Under the pieces are notes generated by a model. The model was not told the DNA's origin. It was given only the letters and a program-made list of their open reading frames with translations, and made no database searches. A stretch of DNA of 64,000 nucleotides from assembly GCF_018350175.1 (NCBI RefSeq), contig NC_058368.1, positions 129,520,001 to 129,584,000 on the forward strand, written 5' to 3'. The stretch comes from Felis catus. Its lineage: Eukaryota. The position numbers and the translations under genes are program-made. This document shows positions 1 through 12,549 of the stretch, piece by piece (within the stretch, counting starts at the first letter, position 1; every line of letters starts with the position of its first letter).

Positions 1-660
1 TTTATAAAGTCCTTTGTACTATCCTAAAGTGTAAGTCACAGATACATAACCTACTTGTCAACATAATTTCAAAAAATCTTGTTACATAAAGACGAAATTT
101 TAAAGTGATGTGTGAAAAAAAAAAACTCAAGTGTTTTGACATTTAAATGTTCAGATTTGACTATACTAAAAGACCAAAAAGTCAAAAATTTCCAATATTC
201 TCCCTGGAGTGAGTACCATGCCCAAGGATAACTGCTGGTTTGTCCTTTGCTGATGAGAAGTCATTAAAATAAAAGCTAAACAAGGTGGAAGAAAGGACAT
301 GAGAACCAGAAAATTACATCAGAAAAAAATAAGATGCCCTGGGAAGGTGTCCCCCTTTACAGCTGGGCAAGTTATTATGAAGCCCAGGGACCAGCAGAAG
401 AGCCCCTGAGTTTTCACATGCTGCCTGGGAAGTCTACAAAATTATCTTCTGTCAAACCTAATACTGCAAAATGCACTTGTGTACTCACCAATGCACAAAA
501 TGTTGGAGACACAAAGAAACCTACAGATCATTGGCTTCAACCTCTTTGTTTTATGAGTGAGGAGATGGAGTCCAGTGAGCATTAGTGAGAAGCCTTTTTG
601 CCTGTTCACCAGATCACATCTTAGTATAATGAATGATGAATCCACTTGAATTAGGGATAC

Positions 661-868
661 TGTATGTCTTGCATCAAGCTGCTATAACAGAATGCCACAG
701 ATCACGTGGCTTATAAACAACATCTGGAGGCTTGAAGTCTGAGATTATGATGTCAGCATGACCAGGTTCTATGGAGGGCCCTCTTGTAATTGCATCCTCC
801 AACGGTGGAAGGGGTGTCTTTTGTAGAGGCGCTAATCCCGTTCATGAGGGTCCTGCCTTGTGACCTAT
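661..868 (-). mobile_element. MaLR LTR fragment (MLT1A/B-like)
   Basis: GCTGCTATAACAGAATGCCACAGA..GTGGCTTATAAACAAC..TCTGGAGGCT..AAGTCTGAGAT and CTAATCCCGTTCATGAGGG match the antisense MLT1 LTR pattern. Confidence 0.75.
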
Positions 869-1224
869 GACCAGTGGTTAGCAGCTGGAACCTGAAGAAT
901 ATTGAAAGTTTGATCACCTCTTTTTTCATGTCATGCAACAAACTGGAAAGTTCGCTGATCACACTCTTCTGTTTGTCCTCGTGGAGGATGCTAAAGAAAA
1001 CTACCTTGTCTTTGGTCTTGAGTAAACTGGGTGTTTTTCCTGTGATTTGTGGCAGGTGGATCTCGTTTTTCCAAGTCTGGTGTCAATTTTTAAAATGTAT
1101 TATATAGGTCCTCTCAATTACTGTGTGCTAATTAATGTGCTAAACTCTCTCCTAAAACATCAGGTCAGTTAATATGCCCTGCTTGCATCTGGGGCTTCCC
1201 CAGTATTGTGGTACCAGCGTCAGT

Positions 1225-1400
1225 GTTAGGTCAAACAGAACTGAGCTTGAATTACAGCTTCCCTGTTTATTACTTGGATGACTGTGGGAAAATATTTATC
1301 TCCATAAGCCTCAGTTCTTTCATCTTAAATGGGAGTTGTAACTTCTACTTACTAGGTTATCAGAAAGATTTAAGTGAATTATGCATACTAAATACATGTT
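1225..1400 (+). mobile_element. MIR SINE
   Basis: Core-like AGCCTCAGTTCTTTCATCTTAAATGGGAG, with upstream ACAGAACTGAGCTTGAAT and downstream GATTTAAGTGAATTATGCAT. Confidence 0.7.
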
Positions 1401-1883
1401 TACAAACATTTAAGGCTCTTCAAGCCCTTATCAACTAAAACTTTTTAAGGGTTTATTGTTATATAGATGTCTGAGTTTGGGAGCAAAGGGGTAGGTTCGT
1501 GTAATGTGGTCATTTAGTGGTATTCCCCCTTCCTAACATCACTTGGTTTCCCTTTTGTAGAATTGCTTCTTTGGTATTCCATGGGGCATTGGTGGGTTGG
1601 TAAATCCAGGTGCCCATTTCCCACTTAGAATCTAGAATCTAAGGAGGCCAGATCCTGCCTCTCCCTGGCCCAGGCAATCAGAGCCTGGGCTGGTGACTTT
1701 TAACATGGCCAAGCAGATACTCTCCTGGAGAAGTTGAATTTTGAGCATGGGCCAAAGAAATGGTTGAACTTAACTATTTCTTGTGGTAACAAAATTCCTC
1801 CTGCTGCAGCTAAAACTAAGGGCCTCCCCTTTATATCCCAGGAAAAGGTATTGAACCCACACAATCAAAAACAAACAAATAAA

Positions 1884-2088
1884 GGGGCACCTGGGTGGCG
1901 CAGTCGGTTAAGCGTCCGACTTCAGCCAGGTCACGATCTTGCGGTCTGTGAGTTCGAGCCCCGCGTCAGGCTCTGGGCTGATGGCTCAGAGCCTGGAGCC
2001 TGTTTCCGATTCTGTGTCTCCCTCTCTCTCTGCCCCTCCCCCGTTCATGCTCTGTCTCTCTCTGTCCCAAAAATAAATAAACATTGAA
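1884..2088 (+). mobile_element. Young Can-SINE (SINEC_Fc type)
   Basis: GGGGCACCTGGGTGGCGCAGTCGG head; A box 1896-1907; B box GAGTTCGAGCC 1950-1960; CT-rich linker; A tail; perfect TSD AAAAACAAACAAATAAA (1867-1883 / 2089-2105). Confidence 0.97.
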
Positions 2089-3796
2089 AAAAACAAACAA
2101 ATAAAAAATGTGTTTCTGATTGGCTCAATTTCAGGGGCCTGAGGAAGACCTGAAAGCAGTCACCAGCTGTTGTTAGCCAGGTGTGTGTCCTTTTGCTCCC
2201 AGTCAATTCTATGTATCTGCAGTCAAAACCAGATACAGGTGTGGGAAGCCTGTCTCATGATTCCAAGCCTCTGAGTCCTGCCAGTTGCCATGGACCAGGT
2301 TGTAAGGGTTTCCACCACTGTGGAGCCAAGATGACCTTTAAAGAACAAAAAAAGATACCGGTCATGGAAGTCAACGGACCAAGAGCCATACTCGACCATT
2401 TTTCCTCTGGTCAGTTCTCCTCATTGCTCTTGTTTCTTTACAATGACACACAATGGCGTGGAGTACATGGAGTAGAATGGGAACCCGGACTAAAGAGAAA
2501 AGTAGAGTAAGAAGTTCAGAATGTTTCCCTCTGTCAGCCAGTGTGTGGGTACAGCTTGTTCATTTCAACTTGTTTATTTTTCTATCATGTCCATGGGTAT
2601 TTGGGGAATGCCTTCTATAGGAACATGGTCAAAAAGAGCATATAGTTAACCAAAATGACTGTAGTTCAATACACCCACAAATCTATATGGCAGAAATACT
2701 CAAAAATCCTCCCATCATTGAAAAAATTGTTCTTACAAAGTCTCCTCAAGAACAAAGTAAGTTTTCTGTACTTTTAGTGTGTTCTCCTTGAGTCTCTACA
2801 GGGACCTCAGGAAGCCAGGGATGGATGTCTTTAAAATGTCATTAATATCTGGTGCTTGGGATGAGTAAGCAGTGGGTTCAACAATCATTTGAGGGACTGT
2901 GTATTCTAAATGTTAATATTACTTGGGAAGATTACTTTGTGTAGGTCATAGAAAAGGGAACAAATCATAGTTTGCCTTTTGGAGAAAGGAGGATTAAAGA
3001 AGATATGTCTCGTATATCTGTAATTAATGGGGTTTACAAATGACTCAATCTGCTTCCCACCTGAGTCCAGGGCTTGGGGAGTGAAGTGATAAATGGCCAA
3101 AGAGATGATTTTAGCCGAAGGTAACTGTGCAGCACAACACAGAGGCCTATTATTACTTTTTTTTGTAATCTGCAAAGAATTTAGCATGTATCTGGCTTTC
3201 GGTATGATTTCTTGGTGGATAGAAGAAGGAGGCCCTGAGCAATGAGCATATCCATTACTTTCTTATCATTAAAACTCTAGGCATCATTCCCTGGTGATGA
3301 AGTGCCTCTGCCATGATTAAGACTCTAGAATTATTAAACCACCCTGAGTCTCAAAGATGATTTAGAAATGTGCCTATGGAGAATTGTCCTAATCAGGTAC
3401 TTCACAGAGGAAGAGCCATCCAGCCACGTACACATGTACCCATCCTTGACCTCTTTGGAACAAAGATCATTTGCTCAGTAAATAAATGCTTTCACTCTCT
3501 TGCCAATTTGCTTTTCAGAATGCTTTCCTTATATTTTTAACTGAGTTCTCACTTTACATGAATGACATACACACACACACCCTCACACATACACAACCCA
3601 CCCCACCCAAAAACACAGCGTAAAGACATGCATGATTCTGTAAGACACTCAGTGTGAGCCCTCTACCTCTATATATATCTCCATTATCAAAAAACATGTT
3701 GACAATATTTCTTCTGGAGTCTTCCTTTTTATGCATCATCTACACACTTCCTACTCTCACTGCTCCCTTCCTCCCCACTTACCAGGTGCCTTTTCC

Positions 3797-4387
3797 TTTT
3801 TTTTTTTCAATATATGAAGTTTATTGTCAAATTAGTTTCCACACAACACCCAGTACTCATCCCAAACGGTGCCCTCCTCAGTACCCATCACCCACCCTCC
3901 CCTCACTCCCACCCCCCATCAACCTTCAGTTCTCAGTTTTTAAGAGTCTCTTATGCTTTGGCTCTCTCCCACTCTAACTTCTTTTTTTTTTTTTTTTCTT
4001 CCCCTCCCCCATGGGTTTCTGTTAAGTTTCTCAGGATCCACATAAGAGTGAAAACATATGGTATCTGTCTTTCTCTGTATGGTTTACTTCACTTAACATA
4101 ACACTCTCCAGTTCCATCCATGTTGCTACAAAGGGCCACATTTCATTCTTTCTCAATGCCACGTAGTACTCCATTGTGTATATAAACTACAATTTCTTTA
4201 TCCACTCATCAGTTGATGGACATTTAGGCTTTTTCCACAATTTGGCTATTGTTGAGAGTGCTGCTATAAACATTGGGGTACAAGTGCCCCTATGCATCAG
4301 CACTCCTGTATCCCTTGGGTAAATTCCTAGCAGTGCTATTGCTGGGTCATAGGGTAGGTCTATTTTTAATTTTTTGAGGAACCTCCA
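3797..4387 (-). mobile_element. 5'-truncated young felid L1 (ORF2 C-terminus + 3'UTR + polyA)
   Basis: Translates WRFLKKLKIDLPYDPAIALLGIYP..KCPSTDEWIKKL*FIYTMEYY..RYHMFSLLCGS*; perfect 16-bp TSD ACCAGGTGCCTTTTCC (3781-3796 / 4388-4403). Confidence 0.96.
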
Positions 4388-5079
4388 ACCAGGTGCCTTT
4401 TCCATCTCCCAACTCACCCATCATAGCTATAGAAATACACAACAATTTTGCTTGGAACAGCTTCCACATTGGTGTTGTTATAACTACAAAACTTTTGGGG
4501 CTTAATTTCATTTCTTTCATAACTCCCTTCAAGGTAGCTAATAAGTCTGTGTATGTGTTCATTTTTCATACATATACACCACTGAATCAATCCCAAACTC
4601 ATCCCAGGAGTCTAAATCTGTTCCAGAATGTTCAAACAAAGGTAGCTGACAGTCTTTCAATTTCACCATCTTGCAGCCATCTCTCCTAGCACCTCCTGGC
4701 CTGCTCTAGCTCCCAGTTGTTGTCCTCCGCACCTCGTGCCTAATGTCCCCCCTGCGATTTCCCTGCATGGCAATCGTGGAGATTTCCTTTGCTTCCGTTT
4801 TATGTTGGTGTTCTGGTTTTTAGATCCCATCTCTTCTGTCTTGGTCACTCCCTCATTTTAGTGTTATGTCGTGTTGAATGACTTCCTAGAAATTTGATAC
4901 ATAAGAGGAAAATTGAGGCCATACAAAAAATTCTTCCTTCATCCTTGATCAGTGATTCATCTGTGTAAATAATTTTGGGTTGGAAATCATTTCCCTCCAA
5001 ATTTTGAAGGTATTTTTAATTTTCTGTTAGTTTCTAGTGTAACTATTAAGAATTCTGATGCCAATCTGATTATGTTTTT

Positions 5080-5428
5080 TCACCCCTCCTCCCACTCATC
5101 TGCCCCCTGGTAACCACCTGTTTGTCCTCTGTGTTTTAAGAGTCTGTGAGGTTTTTTGTTTGTTTTTTTCTTCATTAATTTGTCTTGTTTCTTAAATTTC
5201 ACATATGAATGGAATCATATCTATTTGTCTTTCCCTGCCTAACAATTCATTTGGCATTATACCATCTTGATTCATGCATGTTGTTGCAAATGGCAAGATC
5301 TCATCCTTTTTTATGGCTAAGTAATACTCCATATATTATATGAAATTATATATATTATATATAACATATATAATGGATATTTTTATTTTGATGTAGTCCA
5401 ATGATTTAATTTAATTTATTTACACACA

Positions 5429-5467
<39 letters not shown>

Positions 5468-6555
5468 CACATCTACTTTATCCTTTCATCTATTAGTGGA
5501 CACTTAGGTTGCTTCCAAATCTTGGCTACTGTAAATAACTGCGGTATATATAAGAGTGCATATATCTTTTCATATTACTATTTTCATTTTCTTCGGGTAA
5601 ATACCCAATAATGTAATAACTGGATCATATGGTATTTCTCCTTTTAATTTTTTGGGAACCCCCCCTACTATTTCCACAGTGGCTGCACCAGTTTGCATTC
5701 TCACCAACAGTGCACGAGCACTCCTCTTTCTTCCATATCGTTGACAATATTTCTTATTTCCTGTGTTTATTTTAGCCGTTCTGATATGTGTGAGATGATA
5801 TCTCATTGTGATTTTGATTTTCATTTCCCTGATGATGAGTGATGTTGAACATCTTTTCATGTATCTGTTAGCCACCTGGATGTCTTCTTTGGAGAAATTT
5901 CTGTTCATGTCTTGTGCCCATTTTTTAATTGGATTATTTTGGGGGGGTTGGTGTTAGTTATATAAGTTCTTTCTATATTTTGGATACTCACCCTTAATTG
6001 GATATGTCGCTTGTCAACACCTTCTCCCTTTTTGTTTTGTTCATGATTTTCCCATTGTGCAAAAGCTTTTTATTTTGGTGTAGTCCCAGTAGTTTAATTT
6101 TGCTTCTGTTTCCCTTGCCTGAAAAGACCTATAGAGAAAATGTTTCTATGGCTGATGTCAAAGATATTGCTGCCTATTTTTTCTTCTAGGAGTTTTACGG
6201 TTTCAGGTCTCACATTTAGGTCTTTAATTAATTTTGAGTGTAATTTTGTGTATGATTTTAAAAAGTGGTCCACTTTTTCTTTTGTATGTATCTGTCCAGT
6301 TTCCCAACATCATTTATTATAGAGACCATCTTATCCCCATTGTATATTCTTGCTTCCTTTGTTGTAGATTACTTGACAAATAAATATGGATTTATTTCTG
6401 GGCTCCCTATTCTGTTCCAGTGATTTTGTGTCTGTTTTTGTATCAGTACTTTACTGTTTTGATTGCTACAGCTTTGTAGCATGTCTTGAAATCTGGGATT
6501 GTGATACTTCCATCTTTGTCCTTTTCTTAAGATTGCTTTGACTTCCGATTCTTTG
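5080..6555 (-). mobile_element. Carnivore L1 (L1_Carn/L1MA-like), ORF2 3' part and 3'UTR
   Basis: ORF 5570-5908 ([44 protein letters not shown]) is the L1 ORF2 C-terminal region, with frameshifts. Confidence 0.92.
5422..5465. repeat. (CA)n microsatellite inside L1
   Basis: About 22 AC units, one interruption. Confidence 0.95.
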
Positions 6556-6858
6556 GTAGATAAATTGTTTTCTTTTCCTTAAAAAGCTTTTGTCTGTTCT
6601 CTTTTTCTCGCTGTTCTGAAAAATTTCAAGAATATTTTGGGTCTTGACCTGGGCACTAGATATGCTCTTGTGATCTGAAAAACTATCTCCTTCAATTCTT
6701 GGAAACATTAAACATAATTTATCTCATATTGTATTTGTTCTTTCTTTCAGGAATTTCTGTTATTAGCATTCATGCATCCTGAAATGATCCTAGTTCTCTT
6801 GTAATTTCTCTCTGGTCTTTGTTACGTTTTTTAATACTTCTGGGAGGTTTACTCAATT

Positions 6859-7043
6859 TTGTTTGTTTATTTATTTATTTTGAGAGAGACAGTGCAAATG
6901 GGGGAAGGGCAGAGAGAGAGAGGGAGAGAGAGAGAGAATCCTAAGCAAGGTCCACGCTCCCAGTGCAGAGCCCGATGAGGAGCTCAAGATCATGACCTGA
7001 GCCAAAACCAAGAGTTGGACACCTAACCGACTGAGCCACCCAG
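6859..7043 (-). mobile_element. Can-SINE with internal deletion
   Basis: GAGAGA..GATCATGACCTGAGCCAAAACCAAGAGTTGGAC..CTGAGCCACCCAG. Confidence 0.9.
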
Positions 7044-7553
7044 TTTTATCTGTTAGCTTACCATTGAGTTTTTGTATGTGGTATTATATTTTTTTATAAA
7101 ACCTTTTTTGTTTTCTGATTTTTTTCTTTTTTATACCGTGTTATTCTTGTTTCATAAATGCAGTATCTTCTTTTTATTACCTAAAAGATACTAAGTCTTT
7201 TTTCAGGTTTTCAGAACTATGTACGGTCTCTGTTTCCTACACATTGCTCTTCTCCAATGGTTTTGGCCTCTACCTTTTACCCTACAGGCAGTCCTCTAAT
7301 GCCTTCTGTTCCTCCTGTCATCTTACAGTCATAGTGGGGCACTGTGAACTGCTTGGAGGCGTAGGACATGTAGGCGGGCCTGTCAGTGGGATGTATTATC
7401 ATGTCTGGGCCCATATAGCTCTGCGTCTTTGGGGGACCCCCATGTCATTCTCTTTAGGGGCCTGGGTTTCACATTTTCCAGAGAACAACCTCTGGAGTAA
7501 AAATTCTGTTTTCTCAGTTTCAAACACAAACCTCTATAAAGGTGTCTAGCTTA

Positions 7554-7752
7554 GGGGGTGCCGGGGTGGCTCAGTCCATTAAGCGTCCGGCTTCAGCTCA
7601 GGTCGTGATCTCACAGTTTGTGGGTTCCAGCCTCACGTTGGGCTCACTGTTGTCAGCGCATAGCTGGCTTTGGATCCTTTGTCCCCCTCTCTCTGCCCCT
7701 CCCCACCTTGTGCTCTCTTTCTTTCAAAAATAAAAAAATAAACGTTAAAAAA
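7554..7752 (+). mobile_element. Can-SINE
   Basis: GGGGGTGCCGGGGTGGCTCAG head; CT linker; A tail; partial TSD AAAG(G)TGTCTA. Confidence 0.93.
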
Positions 7753-8849
7753 AGTGTCTACATAGCAGATATACAAACCAAAAATGTTAGATCCAGTCTT
7801 TTTCCTCACCCCCTTGGTGCAGTTTTGAAGTCAATTCTGTCAGGTCCCGATGGGTAGGAGCCGGGACCTAGGAGCTCCTCCAGACCCTGGAAGTGGAGAG
7901 ATGTCTTCCCAAGAAGCAGGAATGTTGAATGGATTATTTTCTCCTTTTGGGTCAAGTTTTGTATTATCAGAAATAGAGACTCATAGTGGCTCCAGTGCTT
8001 TATCATATTCTATAACTACATAGAATGTCGCATGTATTTCTTATTTTACAAACATGATCTCACCCTATGACATTCTCTCCACTTATTAATTTTTAGCGAC
8101 CTCTTCCCCTTTTGGTCTTTATCGTAGAAGTCATTTTCAACGTGTCTTCTTCTTCCATCTCTTGAGTTCGTAATTTCTATTTGAAAAACTCTCTGGCTTC
8201 TTGGAGGCAAACACCATAATGAAAGAGTTGTAACTAGTAAATCATAGGTCCCAATGACACAGAGTCTGGGTGACCTAAAAAGCTGATCCATTCAACAGGT
8301 GCATTCAGCTCTGCATCCAGAAGATTCCAACAGCTTCAAGATTTCTGGAGCTGATCTTACTTTTCATTCAGTGTGAAAACTTGGATAAAGGATTTCCTGA
8401 GTGAGACAGCAAGCCCCTGAAATCCTTTACCGTGAATTGGATTAATATTGTTTTGAGGGAAACGGCCCAGCAAGATGACACCCAACGTCAGCCTCCATAT
8501 AATAAACCAAAGAGCTGTCGTTATTCTAAATACTTTCAATGCTAAGTAAAATCTGAGGATTTCTTAATCAAGATCACCATTATTTTTAAAATGTCATATC
8601 TCTTTATCACTGGGAAATTAACTTGAACTTAAAATCATATGCCTGGGTACAAAGTTTGTACACACTTAATGGGTGTGCTTAAATGTCATAATTATATTAT
8701 CTTACCTGCCTGAATTATCTAGCTAATGACCTTACCAATCCACTGATAAGGACTTTGCCTGAAGTCCCCAGTGTCTCTCTTTGCTAGGCCTACTCTGGTT
8801 TCTCTAATCTAAAGAAGTTCAAATGAAATTGTTTTTTCAACAGTTGAGT

Positions 8850-9560
8850 CATTCATCAAATGTTTATTGAGTGCCTCCATGCACCTAGCAGGGTGGGAGA
8901 TACTAGGGATACAGGGGTGAGCCAAAATCTGCTGCCTTCGTGAACCTCACAGTCTTAGGAAAGGCAGGCATTAAATAGGCACAAAACTAACGGTGTCATG
9001 ACACAAAGTATATAATTGTTTGAAGCTACATCAGAAGGGAAGCTGAGCTAGGTTAGGAGAAGTTCACAAAGCAAAATGGGGGATAGGATATCATCTACAG
9101 GAGTTGTAGGTGGTCACTAGGCGAAGAGAAAGGGAGAGGGCCAGAGGCAAAATCTGGCTTAGGGCCAAGGAATACCCTGTGCCAGGGTGAGTGTGTAGCA
9201 CTTTGGAGGAAAAGAAGAAAGGGCAGTGTGGCTAGACCACAGAGTAAGAGAGAAAGTTGTGTGAGTCCAGACTGCAGAGGGGGTTGGGGGGTCACCACCA
9301 GGTGGGACTTTGCAAGCCAAAGAAAGGATGTTGGTCCTAATCCAAGAGGTGATGAAAAGTCCCTGAAGTGTTTTCACAGGAAATGGTGCCACATTAACAT
9401 ATTAAACCTTGCAAAGGCCCCTCTGTCTCACGGAGGGGAACAGATTGAAGAGCAAACAAAGAGAGACTGGTCAATGAGGCCATGTTGTGGTCCAGAGAAG
9501 GGGTGATAAGCAATGATGGGAAATGGGACCAGAGTGACTGCACGGATGCAGGAGACATAG
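8850..9560 (-). mobile_element. L2 LINE 3' fragment
   Basis: CATTCATCAAATGTTTATTGAGTGCCT (antisense L2 tail) followed by GGGATACAGGGGTGAG..CACAGTCT and GAAGTGTTTT blocks. Confidence 0.75.
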
Positions 9561-9748
9561 TGCAAGAAAGGGAGATGGCATCTGCATTTTGTGTTGTGGG
9601 TGGGTGGGTGGCACCATTACTGGGTCAAGAGAGTGGAGATTCTGATTTCCATTTTGATGTAAGTGTGTAGAACTCCGAAGGTTACGTTTGGGCCATAGGT
9701 AGAAATTTGAGAAACGCGGTATCATGGCAAGAAAAGGACTGGTGAACC

Positions 9749-9936
9749 CACTGTTTCTCCAGACATGATGAATACATGCATCAGAATCCCTTGGAGTTCT
9801 CTGGTGAAAATGCAGATTTTTAGAGCCATCTCAGAACTACAGAATCAGAGTTGGTGGGAGTAGAGCCCAAGGAAGTTTTATTTTTTAACAAGGGCTCCAA
9901 CAGACTTCTTAAGCACTCTATATTTGAGATCCCTTG
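9749..9936. mobile_element. MER5A-like hAT-Charlie MITE
   Basis: GCATCAGAATCCCTTGGAG..AAAATGCAGATT..CAGAACTACAGAATCAGA..TTTTAACAAG; degenerate terminal repeats CACTGTTTCTC / GAGATCCCTTG. Confidence 0.8.
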
Positions 9937-12291
9937 GCCTAGGGACAGAGACGCCCCGAGGGGCTCTAGCATTTACTGTGTTGGTAGAAGAGGCTGGACC
10001 TACAAAGAGGTACTTCCATGTGTTTTGTTCTCCTCACTTACTAAAAAAAATTAAAAATACAGCTCAGGTCTCCCTTTAGAGCTGATGATCTATCTAGACT
10101 AATCTCACAATTCACATAAAATTAACATGCCTGTTCCCCAAGGTCCGCACGTAAGAAAATCAGCTTTGACTCACATAACTTGTGCTGATCACCCAGCTTG
10201 GGTCCTTGTTCTTTGTTTCATGGGCTCCCTTTCCTCCCTCTCCCAGGCCCTGACCTTTGGACTCATCCCTTTCCCTAGAAAGACAGCATTTCCAGTGAGC
10301 AAAATGTCACATTACCTTTGCTGAACAGGACATTTCAAATAAAATATTAGCAATAACAATTACCTCTAAGCCACTAATCCCTCTGAAGCTACTTTAAACC
10401 ACCGAAGGATTTAAGGCAATTCCCTGAAAATATCTCCGGCTTAATAGATTACGGTGCCGGGCGATGAAATATATTGGCTCACGTAGCCTTAACTTGCATT
10501 ATGTGGCATTTTCACCTATAAAAGAAAAGTCATGACACACACTGCTGCAACTATTATTTGATGTAAAAAAAACAGATCCTAAAAATCACCATCATCCTCC
10601 TCCTCCTCATCCTTCAGCACACATCACACTGTATCAATGTTTCCATGACCAGAGTGTTATTGGAAAGAGAAGCCACCAGAAAACAAAATAACTATTCAAG
10701 TACTCATTTCCCCAGGCAGGTTGGCAATTTGCTGTGGCCAGCATATACAAGAGCATTCTAGAAGAATGCTTTCCCTGGCAGTGTGCAAGGCGCATGGATT
10801 AGCAGGGTTGGTGTTAACTCTGAGCCTCTGAGCACGTCCTGCAGGCTTCCTTTGCCACAGCTGAATTTCTGAAGACGTACCTGTACTACATACAGCAACA
10901 TGCTTTCTGGAAAAAAATGTGCTGTGTGAGACCCTACTTATAGAATGCTTTGGGGTTGTTTGTTTGTTTGTTTGTTTTTAAGAGACGTGTAAGCCACTGT
11001 TTGATAAAATGATAAATGAAGACATTTCCCCTCTGTTCCCTAGTCAGTCAGTGCCCAGGCCCCTTCTCCACTACACTGCCCACTGTCCTAGGGAGATGTC
11101 CCTGATCCATTAAGTCAGGCACAAAACAGTCAGCCTTTCAAAACAGAGGCCAAAGGCTCTGCAAGCCAGTGTCCACTTCTTGCAGAAGTGCTTCTGCGAT
11201 CTGTTGATGGTGGCTCACCTGATGTTTGTTTTCTTAAGAGCACATTATAGAAATAAGGATCTCTTGCCCTCCATTCTCCCAGCCCTTTGTGTCTTCATCA
11301 CTCCCCATGTGGTATGAGACAGGGGAGATGGTTTAGCTACATTATGTCCTTACATGACAGATGGGCAGCATATATCTTTCCTTGTGTAAAAATGTCACTG
11401 CAGCTACGGATATAGTTGGAGGCTGAAAATGGAAAGTGATACAGATTAGCTTTAACCTAACAGGACAGACAGGAACTCGAATAAAACACACAGGCCCACC
11501 TTCTAGGAGCAGTTGGTCTCCAGTCCTCACTAGCAATTGACAGGCAACAGGGGAGAAGTCAGAGCATCAAGAATCTGGAGTATTTCCAGGTGGTGGAAAT
11601 GTAATTCACCATGATTTTTATCTATCCTGAGGAAATGGGCTTGAATTGGAAAGGGAGTGCAACTTTTGTATCTTTTTGTGTAAAACGGATTGGAGAGAGG
11701 ATACACAGTTCAAATTTTGTTTTTTACTATAAACCAGAGGATATTCTTTTTCCCTTAATGATTGTCTAATGAAATTTTAAAAATATAAATAGAATCCCTA
11801 GAAATTTCTCACCCCCCCCACCCCGCTCATGTAAAAATACGACAGCAGTGTTTCATATTCTCAGTGATATATTTTGAGTGGTAATAATAGTGACGTATCA
11901 GTTTTATTCTAATGCCAATAATTAGGGAAATATAAAAGAAACATGTCAGAGAATCTGGCATTCTCTGGGAAAGTTTAACACCAGGATCTGGATGGAGCAA
12001 AAGGGTGAGAGGTGTGAGGCCACATTTCTTTTTTTCCTACTTTCCTTTTTAAGCTGGCTTTTGGCCGTTTTCATTGTTATTTAGGAACAATAATAATTCG
12101 CACTGATGATAACATGGTTCAGCACTCTTTTCCTAAAGGCAAACTTTACTTACTTTATGGAGATAACTTCTAGGGAAACTCTACCTTGGGGTGATAGTTA
12201 ATGCTTTGGCAGGGTTATTTCATTATTTTCATTCACATTTTATTGCTTCTAAGAGTAACTTGAAATATGAAAAGAAATATTAAATTATTTG

Positions 12292-12549
12292 ATTTTTTTA
12301 TTTAAAAATTTTTTATTTTTTTAAATTTTATATTAGAGAGAGAGGGGGGTGGGGAGAGCGAGCGAGAGACAGAGAGAGAGAGAGAGCACGAACAGGGGAA
12401 GGGCAGAGAGACAGAGACAGAATCCGAAGCAGGCTTCAGGCTCCGAGCTGTCAGCCCAGAGCCCGATGCGGGGCTCGAACTCACCAATCGCGAGATCATG
12501 ACCTGAGCCGAAGTCGGATGCTTAACCCACTGGGCCGCCCAGGCACCTC
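12292..12549 (-). mobile_element. Can-SINE (felid type)
   Basis: Full-length antisense copy; TSD TT(A/C)AATTATTTG (12280-12291 / 12550-12561). Confidence 0.95.

Larger units (their letters stand above)
4900..6850 (-). mobile_element. Ancient L1M/HAL1-like ORF1-region remnant, interrupted by a younger L1
   Basis: GGGTTGGAAATCATTTCCCTCCAAATTTTGAAGG..TTCTGATGCCAATCTGATT (4978-5071) resumes after about 6560 (TTCTGAAAAATTTC..TCCTTCAATTCTTGGAAA). Confidence 0.55.

Noticed and set aside
1734..2087. 117-aa ORF and many similar ORFs (MAQ.VK..TSAQVMIS..)
   Set aside because: They are translations of Can-SINE sequence, not genes
1500..2640. Possible very old ERVL-type LTR around the first SINE
   Set aside because: Similarity too faint to set a family or boundaries by eye
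4187..5908. ORFs with real protein similarity (4187-4417, 5570-5908)
   Set aside because: Truncated L1 ORF2 remnants with stops and frameshifts; not host genes
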